Below are positions 35,853-48,467 of a DNA stretch of 64,000 nucleotides, piece by piece. Each line of letters opens with the position of its first letter. The first letter of the stretch is position 1. The position numbers and the translations under genes were made by a program. Below the pieces are notes generated by a model that saw nothing but the letters and a program-made list of their open reading frames with translations, was not told the origin of the DNA and searched no databases. Source of the stretch: Raja brachyura (taxonomy: Eukaryota); assembly GCA_963514005.1 (NCBI GenBank), contig OY740782.1, forward strand, positions 84,072,001-84,136,000. Reading direction: 5' to 3'.

Positions 35853-38800
35853 AATAGTAAGATTTAACGAGAACTTACCAGTTTGAAGTTGGATCGTTAT
35901 TTTATGAGGAGTTACGATGAGGGATTACGTGAAGAAGGCCGTCCCCATGCATGCGCGTCAATCTTCAAAGCAGCAGTGTGAAATGACAGATAACAGTTGT
36001 TGAACTAACATAGTAAGATTATAGATGACTAGAACTACCAGATGATCGTTATGTTACGAGGGTAGGGAGCGGAGGGCACGTAATCCCTCATCGTAACTAC
36101 TCATAAAATAACGATCAAACTTCAAACTGGAAGTTCTCGTTTAATCTTACTATTTTACTTTGGAGTCACGTGAGTGACTTCGTGAAGACTTTGAAGGTCT
36201 GTGATTTAATGCCGTTGAAAAATGAGTCCACACAAGCACGACTGCATCAGTTGACTGTAGATGAGGGAAACATCATAATGCATACCTATATGACATAGAT
36301 GTAAAACCATGCTGATGCTAATAAAAGAACAAACAATAATAACAGTAACCCCTCTCAACCGAGGGGAACTATAAATTTAACCTAAATAGAGTTGGCAAAT
36401 ACTCCTGGTCTGGCAATGGGTTAAAATAAATGTTGGATACCTCGTTTGTTAGATCATCCTGCAGTTAACAGGATGTGGTCCAGAGGACCGCACATAACCC
36501 TCGCTGCTGGTGTTGAAGCAGCCCTGGTGGAGTGAGATTAGAAATCAGTATCTACTCCTGTATAAGCCAAACCTCTCATAACAACCTGGAGATGATCTGA
36601 ACTAGTATCACAGCCTCTAAGGCTCTAGATGATCTTGGCGTAATGATGTAATGATGTAACCGGAGGTGCATGGGGTATGTAAACAAGAATTATGATATTG
36701 CAGGTGTAATGATCCTGTCCATTCGCAATCTATGTAATGACTGGACCCGTGCGCTGAGGGCAGCGCCAGGGAATAACCTACCTCTGAGAGCCGAACCAAA
36801 GATAGAGATATAGCTGGAGCCCCATGGTGAATAAATGTTAACACAATGTCAATACCCCATACTTCCGTGTACTTGGAAGAACTTGTGTTAATGATATCCT
36901 AAATACTGGACACCAGAGGGTGAAACCCGAGAGAGTGGGTCCCACTTGCTGCAGCAACTATGATGAGAAGCACGTTGGGTATAGTTAATGGGACTATAAC
37001 TTAATTGATTGTCAAAGACCCATAGAAAATGAACTCTAAGACATCAGTGCTGTATTATATGTAACATAACATTTAAACAGAAAATGCTTCCCATCTCCTG
37101 AAGTGGCAAACTACTGTTTTTTTGTTGCTATCCCTGCATTCTGCAGTGAGACATACATGGATCAGTCTAACACCCCGAGCAGCAGGAGCGGTCTTCTCAG
37201 ATTCTGTAAAGCAATGAATTGATTAATCATGTAGAAGCTGGTTGCCCGAATTCCAGGCAGAACCAGCAAAGTTTTATGTTTAGAACCCCATATAAGGTTC
37301 TATATTATTCCCAACATTTGTGGGAAACCATGGCTGTGTAGGCCAGTAAGACAGTACGAGAAACCAGAATGCGGGATCTTGCTGAATATTGCAAGCCCCG
37401 ACTGATGAGGCAAAATGGAGAACCACATAAAAGAACATTCCTCACCTGTGTAGCGAGAATGAGGCTGCATGCAAACATATCGATATTGGGCGCCATCGAG
37501 CCATAGATCCTAAAATGCTTTGTGATCCAACATCCATACTGTGTTGTCATTGACTTTGCAGGATGATACACCAGCGCCAAAAAAGGTTGAGTAAATTATG
37601 ACAGGATACTTTGACTTTATTGCATGCATGTGACTACAATATGCCACCACTACAGTGTATCAACTTGGAACTAAGCATGCAGATTTTGCATATTCATGCA
37701 ATAACCCTTTTAACCCATAGTATCCACCAAGTGTCTGTAGGTAGTTAATACCAATAACTGAAGAATTGTTGATTCATGCAAATTCCATCCGCCTTCGTTA
37801 CTAGAGATGGCATTCGTGATTTTCCATCTTAGTTCTAGCATGTGTAAGTAATATAACTGAAGATAATATGACCAAAATTACTGGAGCAATGCTGAATGTA
37901 GTTTGACCACCATTGTGACTTTGGTAGCTTCAGCTAATAATAGCATAGGTCTGTTAACAATTACTTATATGGCACTTGAGAGGTTAATACTTGCACGTTG
38001 AATGTTCTAATAATGCAAGAACCAATTGCACAGCTGAAACACAGCTGCTATAGCCAATTACTCTTGATAAATAGAAGACTGCTTGATAACAAGGTTGTTA
38101 CAGGCTTCAATTGATTCCAATCTGTTACCCTAGGGCGGAATCACAGGTAATTAATAGTTAAAGGTAAAGCCGATAAACAATAACTTCCAGTTGGTATCAA
38201 CTTAAATTTGACTGGACGGCTGAAACAGTTGATTTAAGCAAAACACAGCGTAAGAAATATCCTCCAGATCAATTTGAGATATCTCCGGTGATCTCCTGTG
38301 AATGGGACCTAAATAGTATGCATCTTTGAGATCGATGCATGCCATAAAGATCGTAAGGAAATAAGTAATTAGACAGTAGAGAAATTCCATATACTGAGAA
38401 GCTATGTTGCACATGTGAGTAAATGAAATATGAACCGACATCTTCCATCTTTCACAAGGAACAGGCCACGCCTGCCATAATTCCGTGCCTGCCTTGAATG
38501 CAACTTGGCCACACTTCTGGCCTGCCTTAAAACTGCTCCGGCCGTAATTCTGAACCTGCCTCGAAAGACAACTCTGGCCATATTACCGAGCTTGTCGCGG
38601 AAGGCAATGCTGGCCGTAATCCTGAGCCTGCCTCGAAAGACAAGTCTGGCCCCAATTCCAAGCCATGCTTGGTACCCTTGTATACTGTGTAATAATACCC
38701 ATCACATGTTATCATTTTCATTTCTACAAAACAAGTGTAAATAATATAACCATATAACAACCATATAACAATTACAGCACGGAAACAGGCCTTCTCGGCC

Positions 38801-40260
38801 CTTCCAGTCCGTGCCGACCATTTATTTTCCCCTAGTCCCATCTACCTGCACTCAGACCATACCCCTCCATTCCCTTCCCGTCCATATACCTATCCACTTT
38901 ACTTTTAAATGTTAAAATCGATCCTGCCTCCACCACTTCTGCAGGAAGATCATTCCACACAGCCACCACTCTCTGAGTAAAGAAGTTCCCCCTCATGTTA
39001 CCCCTAAACTTCTGTCCCTTAATTCTCATGTCATGCCCTCTTGTTTGAATCATTCCTACCCTCAATGGGAAAAGCTTATCCACGTCAACTCTGTCTATCC
39101 CTTTCATCATTTTAAAGACCTCAATCAAGTCCCCCCTTAACCTTCTGCGCTCCAAAGAATAAAGACCTAACTTGTTCAACCTTTCTCTGTAACTTAGTTG
39201 CTGGAACCCAGGCAACATTCTAGTAAATCTCCTCTGTACTCTCTCTATTTTGTTGACATCCTTCCTATAATTAGGCGACCAAAATTGTACACCATACTCC
39301 AGAATTGGTCTTACCAATGCCTTGTACAATTTTAACATTAATTCCCTACTCCTATATTCAATGCTCTGATTTATAAAAGCCAGCACAAAAGCTTTCTTTA
39401 CCACCCTATCTACATGCGATTCCACCTTCAGGGAACTATGCACAGTTATTCCTAGATCCCTCTGTTCCACAGCATTCCTCAATTCCCTACCGTTAATATG
39501 AACTTGTAAATGATCCACTTACCCCACGTTTCGAACGAACCAGGTCCACCTACCTCCATGGTTACCGGTGGTCTTATGGTAAGCCCAAAGGCCCCTGATG
39601 TGGGTTCCATTCCCATCCTTGATTTCCATATTCCTGAGACCAGCTTGGCCCAGCTTTCAAGCGCCCATCAACTTCAGTGAATTGCTACTGCCATTGCGGC
39701 GTAGGGGTGTCATCGCCGATACGATGGTTTCATTTGATAGCTCTGTTCACTGCCGGCGCTTGTAGCTGCCAGTCTAACCCCTATTTCTGGGGACCATAAT
39801 GGTGTAGGAGCTGCAGACCCCATAGTGAATGGCTGGGGTTGCAAGACCGGCTGACTGCCAGTCTAACCCCTACTCTAAGGGAACCATAGCGATGTGGGAG
39901 CTGCTAACCCCATTAACAGTGACTGGGGTAGTAAGACCGGCTAACTGCCAGTCTAACCCCGTTCTCTGGGGGACCATAGCGGTCTGGGAGAACGCCCACT
40001 CGCATTCCCCTCCTGGGTGTCACTGACCTCCTTGTCAGCGACTTGGGAGCGAACCCGACAGCTGCCGGCTACCTGCAATTCCGCGGTCCGGACCGGGATT
40101 TCCCCACGGTCCTTAACTGGTTTCCCGCGGCCCGTCCAACTTCGACCCGAATTCAGCAGGCAATCCTGCAATACAAAAAACAGCTGGTGATATTTGCTCT
40201 TCGGAACTTGAAACTTTCAGCCATACCAAGATATGTGTACCGCTTCGCTTCCTGAAGTCG
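35853..40260 (-). mobile_element. Second, heavily decayed DIRS1-like element in a THRB intron
   Basis: Terminus aatagtaagatttaacgagaacttaccagtttgaagtt closely matches 16583 onward; ICR at about 36076-36188; remnants MACIDLKDAYY (RT) and SPFCLISR (methyltransferase region). The right boundary is uncertain. Confidence 0.85.
38746..39504 (-). mobile_element. Young CR1 3' fragment nested in the second DIRS
   Basis: Uninterrupted 228-aa frame QRDLGITVH...RPILEYGVQFWSP...GYGLSAGRWD; flanking near-repeat tgtaaat(a/g)at at 38736-38745 and 39505-39514. Confidence 0.92.
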
Positions 40261-40510
40261 ATCACTATCTCCTTTGTCTTGCTGACATTGAAGGAAAGGT
40301 TGTTGTCTTGGCATGAAATACGAAGTTCTCAATATCCTTCCAGTACTCTGTCTTGTCATTATTTGATATCCAGTTCACTAGGGTGGTATTGTCTACGAAT
40401 TTGTAAATTGAGTTGGAATTGTATTTGGCTGCAAAGTTGTGGGTGTATAAGGTATAAAGCAGGGGGCTGAGAATACATCCTTGCAGGGCACCAGTGTTGT
40501 GGATTATCAT
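40260..40510 (-). mobile_element. Rex1/Babar-like RT fragment
   Basis: NTGALQGCILSPLLYTLYT...IYKFVDNTT. Confidence 0.75.
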
Positions 40511-40579
40511 AGAGCATGATATGCAAAGCAAAGCTTTTCACTGTTCTGCGGTACACATGACAATAATAAACCTAAACCT

Positions 40580-41050
40580 GTCCTGACAACAACTTATTTT
40601 GAGACTATGACCCAGTTCCAGACATACCAACCACAGGAAACATCAAACCTACATCTACTTCATCAGTTGATTTAGCAATTTTATGCATTTCAATGGTCAA
40701 TTTACATTCTTCTAAACTCTTGAGGGCATGGATCAAGTCTATCTTATTCATTCCTCATCCAACCAACCTGCCATTTCAGGAATCAATCTTGTGTTCCTTG
40801 GCTGCACTCCATCTATCCCAAGATAATGTTGGGTGACCTGTAAACAGTTTTCCAGATGCAATCTCAACAGGGTCCTTGATAATTGGAACAAGATATTCCA
40901 GCTCTTGTTGTCAAATCATCTTGCAATAAAGGCCAACATAAAATTTCCCACATTCATTGCTTACTGTGCCCATGTGTTGATTTTGAGAGGATTATGTGCA
41001 GAGGACACTCATGTCCCCCAGATTAGCAACATTCTTCAATCTCTAATTGT
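40580..41050 (-). mobile_element. Highly decayed CR1 fragment
   Basis: aacctgccatttcaggaatcaatcttgtg..., ttccagatgcaatctcaacagggtcc; CR1 RT 3' motifs. Confidence 0.55.
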
Positions 41051-41869
41051 TTAAAATATAATGCAAAGTAGATCTTGTATGAATCCAACTATGTTTTACT
41101 TTGTCCTGTTACCTCCTCAATAATAACTTCCAGCATCAAAGTCTGAATGATGAAGATTATGAGAACTTGAGGATTTATTACCTTTCTGTCCCTTCATTTC
41201 TCCAATGATTTTTTTGTTAACTAATCCCTATTTTCTTTAGTTCCTCATTCACTCTGGACATTTCATTTCTCTACTTTTTCATATTCCTCAATATAATTTC
41301 TCCTGCCTCAGTAAATAATGGACTGACAATAACTTTAGCTTGTCTTTTTTTCCAATTCTCGGAGAAGGTTTTGATTTTTTTACGTTTCTTGCCAGATTAT
41401 TGACTGATCTTCGTAGTATTTAAAGGGGTCTTGCACATAAATCATGAATGCAATCATCAGAGTATCCACAAAACTAGATGTTTTTGTAATAAAAACGCAG
41501 AATTCTGGAAACATTCCAGGGCAGCACCCTGAGACCCATCATCAGAACTGAGCAAAAGAGAAAACAGTAGATTTGAGTTGCAGAGAGGGTGGGTGAGGAA
41601 TGGATAATAGAAATATGTGTGATGGAATTAGGCCAGAGATGCCAAGGCATCTTGTAGACAAAATAATCATGTCAATGGGTTAATGAGGTAGTTAAAGAAA
41701 GAGAATGCAAAGTAAAGCTGTAAATGAAGACAGCTAGAGAGTGAGAATGCAGAGAAAGGAATGTAAAAAAAGTGAGATGCAAGGCTGTAGAACATACCGT
41801 GCAGGTCAGGCAATGCTAGTGGAGGGAGCGAGACTGAACCAATATCACCAATGGATGGTTTACAGCAGA

Positions 41870-42625
41870 ACAAGATACAAGATACATTTATTTGTCACAT
41901 GTGCCAGTTGGCACAGTGAAATGTGATAGAGTTCAACATAAAACATCCCCACACAACAGAATCAACAGTTTCCCACTGTGAGGGAAGGCACCCAAGTCAG
42001 TCTCTTCCTCTGATGTTCACCCGTGGTCGGGGCCTCCGGAGCCCTCCGCAGTCACCGCTACGGGCAGCCCGCCGCTCAGGCCCGCTCACTGGGATGTTGG
42101 CACTCCGACGTCGGAACGGAAGGCCAACCTCGGCGGCTTGGACCTCCAAAACAGCTGCTGCTTCCCACCGGATTACGCAGCTCCCGATGTCCCCAGGCTG
42201 CGCTGGGCAGAGATGCAACGTTGGCGGCCTTCGGCAAAAGGCCCCAGGAACCCCGCAATGTCAGTCAGCGCCGCCCGCGCTGGGAGCTCCGCGAGCCACA
42301 GCCCCGCAATGTTGGAGCAGCAGGCCCAACGTTTAGGAGCTTCAAACGCGATCCAAGTTGGTATCGCCCACTCCACAGTGAATCCAGCGCCGCTCTGCCG
42401 CTGCCGAAGCCCTGGTCCGGTCCACGGTCTCCGGTAGGAAAGGCCGCTCCGATCCAGTCATAGGCCGCAAGGTGGGGGGCGAGGACGCGACTTGGAGAAA
42501 TAGTCGCATCCTCGCCAGGAAGCGACTGGGAAGCGGTTTCCCCCTTACCCCTCCTCCCTCCCCCACATAGAAAAACTAAAGAATCCCCCAAAACAAAACT
42601 GTTAGACAAACTAAAATAAAAAAAG
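41870..42625 (-). mobile_element. GC-rich non-LTR element with tandem-repeat tail
   Basis: acaagatacaagatacatttatttgtcacat tail on the + strand; CpG-rich body; related to 25060-25495. Confidence 0.55.
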
Positions 42626-43334
42626 ATAGGAAAAGAAGTAACCACTTCTGATACAAAAAGTGAAACATGTTAACTGAACTTGTAGAATTTGATACAGAAT
42701 CCATAAGACTGCAACTTGCTCACACAGAAGATGAGATGGTGTTCCTCAGACTTACCTTTGGCCTTGTTATAACCGTAGCTTAAACTGTGTTTCATTAGAA
42801 TTGGGAAGGAGAGAAAAAAAGGTCATTGACCTGATATTTTCCCTGTTTCTCTTTCCACAAATGTTACCTGACCTGCTGAGTGTTTCTAGCTTTTTCTATT
42901 TTCTTTTTAGATTTCCAGCAACTGCAGGTTTTTGATGAGGTTACTCTAATGTTGGCTTCAGACATTCAAACAGGAAGCAGGCTGTATCATGCTCCACTTT
43001 AGACTTTCAGTCCACTTTCCATCTGATGAAATACAATTGTGCAAATGTATTTGAAGCAGTTCTGTTGTGAAGTGAGCATACTCAAAAGAGGAAAAAAAGT
43101 GAATGAAAACCAAATGTAGCTTCCTATCTCACATCATATGTAAGTGATATAAATTCTGAGCATGTTTTCCTCAGGACTGCACCTCAGTTGATTAATTTGT
43201 GGGTTGACTCTCTTTCACTTGTTCTATAGCTTCAACAAGAACATATTGTGATTTTAAATGTAGAATTAAACTTGCCAAATGTTAGGATATAGTGCTTGAT
43301 GGTGACGTACACTAATGTATTTTTTGTTTTCTAG

Positions 43335-43817
<483 letters not shown>

Positions 43818-44729
43818 TAGACATTTTGGGCAGGTGATCAATGTTGGTCAGGAAGCAGGCGTTGGTTCCGGATTTAAAAACATGCAGCTATTGAGAAAGA
43901 AAACTAATAATTTACAGTGTGTTCAACATCGTCTGGTTGGGTAACTATGGTAGGGTGAAGACTATTCCATGCTTTAATTGTGCGGGGGAACTCCATTGAG
44001 CAGCCAGCTACTCTGGATAGAAGAAATTGGGTGACGTTTTGGGTAGAGACCCTTCTTTAGACTCCCTCTGGTTTCAGTGTTTTTAGTTTAATTTAAAGAT
44101 ACAGTGTGGAAACAGGCCCTTTGGTCCACCGAGTCCACGCCGACCACCGATCACCTGTACACTAGTTCTATCCCACACATTAGCAGAGTAAGTCAAGAGT
44201 CAAGAGTGTTTTATTCTCTCACGTCCCAGTTAGAACAATGAAATCCTTACTTGCAGCAGCACAACAGAATATGTAAACATAGTACTCTGTAAACAATGTT
44301 ATAAATGATAAAACAAAACGGTGTATATTTATATATGAATATATAACTATATATATATATGTGTGTGTGTGTGTATAATATACATACCCACACACACACA
44401 CAATTTCCCTCCTGGGATTAATAAAGTTCTATCGTATAGTATCGTGTGTGCAGGAATTAACTGCAGATGCTGGTTTAAACTGAAGATAGACACAAAAAGC
44501 TGGAGTAACTCAACAGGTCAGACAGAATCTCTGGACAAAAGGAAAATATTATGTTTTGGGTTGGGTCTGAAATAGGTTCCTGCACACCATTGGAATGTGG
44601 AAGGAAACAAGAGCACCCAGAGAAACCACATGCGATCTAAGGGAAAAGAAGCAAACTCCATACAGACAGCACCCATATTCAGGATTAATTCCGGGTCCCT
44701 GACACTTTTAGGCAGCAACCTTATGGCCA

Positions 44730-45440
44730 ATGTACTGCCCGATAGTCTTGAACTCCATTACAAGCTGCTCTAAGAATCCATCTCAGAGGCATTCTACAAA
44801 CTCTTTTTCTTGGGGTCTTGAACCAACCCTATTTTCCCAGTCTACCTGCATATTGAAGTCCCCCATCACCATAGTGGCATTACCTTTGTTACATGCCAGT
44901 TTTTACTCCTGCTGCAACTTACACCCTACATCCGGGCTACTATTTGGGGGTCTGTAAATTAGTGTCTTCTTGCCTTTACAATTCCTCAACAATCCACAGT
45001 GACTCTACCTCGTCAGTCCCTACGTCTTTCCTCGCAAGGGACGGAATTCCATCCCTCACCAGCAGAGCTACCTCCCCTCCTCTGCCCACCTGCCTGTCCT
45101 TTCTATAGGATGTATAACCCTGAATATTAAGTTCCCAGGCCCGATCCTCCTGCAGCCACGCCTCAGTAATCCCCACAATGTCATATCTACCAACCTCTAA
45201 CTGAGCCTCAAGCTCATCTACTGTACTTCTTATACTTTGCGCATTCATATACAATACTTTTAATTCCTTACGCATCTCACCTATCATATCGCTCCCTATT
45301 CCACTTGGCCATACTCTCCTATCCCTTTGTGAGCTTCCTTTCCCGTTAATTCTGGGGTCATTAACCATCCCTTTACTCTCTTTCCCTTTAACTCCGTCCT
45401 CGACTATCCCATTTGACACCCCACCCCCTCTTATTCAGTT
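44730..45440 (-). mobile_element. CR1 ORF2 AP-endonuclease fragment
   Basis: LKVLYMNAQSIRS...YDIVGITEAWL...IQGYTSYRKDR..GRGGEVALLV...VESLW. Confidence 0.88.
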
Positions 45441-45519
45441 TTGTGAACTTCTGTTATGTAAACTATCAACAGAAGGCTTGGGAATCACTTTCAATTTATT
45501 GAAAATGCAGTAGGCCCCA

Positions 45520-45752
45520 CTGGGGGGGAGGGGCCTAACCGGCCTCCTGGACCCACCACCCCCCCTCACCCACACCCCCCCCCCCCCTCACCCACACCCC
45601 CTGCCCCACACCGTTCCCCCAAACCCCCCTCTTCCACATGCCCTCCCCCCAACACCCCCCCACCCCACCCCACCCCCTCTCCCCCCTCCACCACCCCCCT
45701 CTCCCTCACCACACCCTCCCCCACAACCCCTCCACCACCTACCCCTCCCTCA
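45520..45752. repeat. C-rich low-complexity tract (G-quadruplex potential on - strand)
   Basis: Dense runs of 3-14 C separated by a/t. Confidence 0.8.
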
Positions 45753-45754
45753 CA

Positions 45755-46497
45755 GGAGTGCGTGGCCAGGATGGTGAGCCTCTCTGATGATGTTGGCTGC
45801 CTTTTTGAGGCAGTGACTCCGATAAATCCCTTCGATGGTGGGGAGGTCAGACCCAGTGATGGACTAGGTAGTGGTCATAACTTTTTGCAGTCTTTTCCAC
45901 TCCTGGACATTCAAACCAGGCCTTGATGCAACCAGTCAATATGCTCTCTACTGTACACCTGTAGAAGTTCAAGAATCCTCTCTGATATGCAGAATCTCTG
46001 TAATCTTCTCAGGAAGTAGAGGCGCTGATGTGCTTTATTTATAATTGCATCAGTGTGCTGAGTCCAGGAATGATCCATCGGAAATATGCACGCCCAGGAA
46101 TTTGAAGTTTTCGAGCCTCTCCACATCATTCCGTTGATATAAACAGGATTGTGGGTCCTCAACCTTCCTCCTTCAAAGTCCACTATCAGTTCTTTGGTCT
46201 TACAGTTATTGAGAGCCAGCTTGTTGTGCTGGCACCATTTGGTCAGTCGGTCGATCTCACTTCTATACTCTGACTCATCACCATCTGTGATTCGTCCAAC
46301 AACGGTGGTGTCGTCGGCGAACTTGATGATGGAGTTCGCACTATGTCCGGCTACACAGTAATGAGTACAGAGTGAGTAGAATAGGGGGCTGAGCACGCAG
46401 CCTTGCGGTGCTCCCGTACAGATTGTTACTGAGGATGAAGTGTTTCTACTAATTCGAACAGACTGTGGTCTGGACGAGGAAGTCGAGGATCCAGCCG
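45755..46497 (-). mobile_element. Rex1/Babar-like RT fragment
   Basis: TGAPQGCVLSPLFYSL...IIKFADDTTVVGRI...KTKELIVDF...KAHQRLYFLRRL. Confidence 0.92.
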
Positions 46498-48225
46498 CAG
46501 AGGGATTTTCCAGATAATTTGCAGTTGTTTGGCAATGAAAGCAATGGAATATTGTTGAAGAGAATTCTGTTCCAAGAAATTCAACCTTGTACAACAACAG
46601 GAAATTCTGGAAATATGCAAACACCAGATCAATGAGAGTCCATGTAAAGGAAAAGACAAATTTGGGCATTGCACTTTTGAAATGGGAAAAATAGATCTTT
46701 TTTTTAATAATATGGGAAAATTAAAGGACAGGAAGGGGAAAAACACCTCAGATAGAGCAACACAGAGGAAGTCATATTAAATACATGTAACCTGTTGGAT
46801 AAAATGGAGTCAGGACGTAAAGCAAAAAACAGTGGAGAGAATAAAGGGAAAGTAGACAAGAAAATGTTAGAAATTCACTACACCGTCTGCATTTTATATC
46901 TCAAATGTAAAACCATTGGTCAAACAAAAGGAGCACCAACTTCAAAAGTACACCCATTAAGTTAGCACCGTACACCCATTAAGTTAGCACCGTAACTGAA
47001 GCCATTTAAAGTACCACCACCATATTTACAACAGGGCAGGGACTTGAACTGTCTCCAAAGCTGGGACGTTGACCCTGCAAACTATCCAGCTTTGGGTTCG
47101 TTTTCACCCTTCACTTGAGGTTGCATCAATGTGAAAAATATAAGGAACATTTCTCTAGGCTTTCATCAGTGGGAGAATAAATACAGTCTCCATTCAGAAA
47201 TTTCTTTAGATTATTATTTAAGTCACCCTTCAGTCTGTGCATCTTGTCACTTAGTAAGTTCTATTTTAGAACTTGCCCCTATGGTTGATTTTCATTAAAT
47301 ACATTTGGCCACTTGTGACTGTCAGACCCTGAGTAAACTTCTGTCCCTTCTAAATAGATACAGATCAGCCATGATTGAATGGCGGAGTAGACTTGATGGG
47401 CTAAATGGCCTAATTCTACTCCTATTACAGGATCTTATAATCATAGTGATGGAAAATGTCAGCAGTAGTGCTATCCAGTGGCACTTTACAATAACCTGCT
47501 AGCAATAACCGAGTATGGACTTTGCTGGGAGCATTTGGTTCCGGATTTCATCATGCCCTTGGTCAAAACACAGACCAAGGAGCTGAATTTTAGAATTGAG
47601 TTGCAAGTGGGTGGACTTGCCACAGGAGTCAATGTGATTTGCACGATTGTACTGCTGAGAAATCTATGTTTTCAGGCCCAGTTGCTACCATTCCTTCTCT
47701 CCAGAGATGCTGCATCTGCCGAGTTATTCTAGCATTTTGTGTCTATCAACAAATTGATTCCAGTTCTTCCAAACACTACATAATCAATTAGCCAATTCTG
47801 TCTGCTGGGTTATAATTTTCTGTGGTTAGAAACTTACCACTATGTCCTCATTGGTAGTAAAGTTAAAATGATAGCTTGCAATGGTTTGATATATGCTGCT
47901 AAAAAACTTCCAGTTAAACATATATAATTGCTCAATTGCTGGTTGTGAAAATATTCAATCTCAGATAAATGTACAATACCGTGTTTTATTCATAGCCCAG
48001 ATATTCCTGCTTCATCACATAACAAGCTGTGCTGCATTTAATGTGCGCTTATAACTACCCAATTTTGAATACATTCCATTAAAATTGTTCTACCAAAGTA
48101 TATTTTAGGAGAACGTTTGTTGATATCATCACCTCATTACTTACTTATGGTTCAGGTTATATTAAAAAATTAACGATTTTCTGCTAGCTTTCCTAATGGT
48201 AGCTCCTCCTTGTTTTTTTGTGTAG

Positions 48226-48467
48226 ATCGACCTGGCCTTACAAGCATAGACAAGATAGAGAAAATCCAGGAGTCCTTCCTCCTTGCTTTTGAACATTACA
48301 TTAATTATCGTAAACACAATATTGCCCACTTTTGGCCAAAACTACTGATGAAGGTGACAGACCTGCGAATGATTGGAGCCTGCCATGCAAGTCGCTTTCT
48401 TCATATGAAAGTGGAATGTCCAACAGAACTTTTTCCACCATTATTCCTGGAGGTCTTTGAAGATTAG
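48226..48467 (+). CDS. THRB: THRB last coding exon, LBD C-terminus/AF-2 (DRPGL...[10 protein letters not shown])
   Basis: Acceptor tttgtgtag|, 242 nt to TAG; ends in FED* like TRbeta (TRalpha1 continues QEV). Confidence 0.98.

Noticed and set aside
41923-42645. Cluster of overlapping GC-rich ORFs / apparent CpG island
   Set aside because: It lies inside a repeat with a LINE-type tail; the ORFs result from high GC content.
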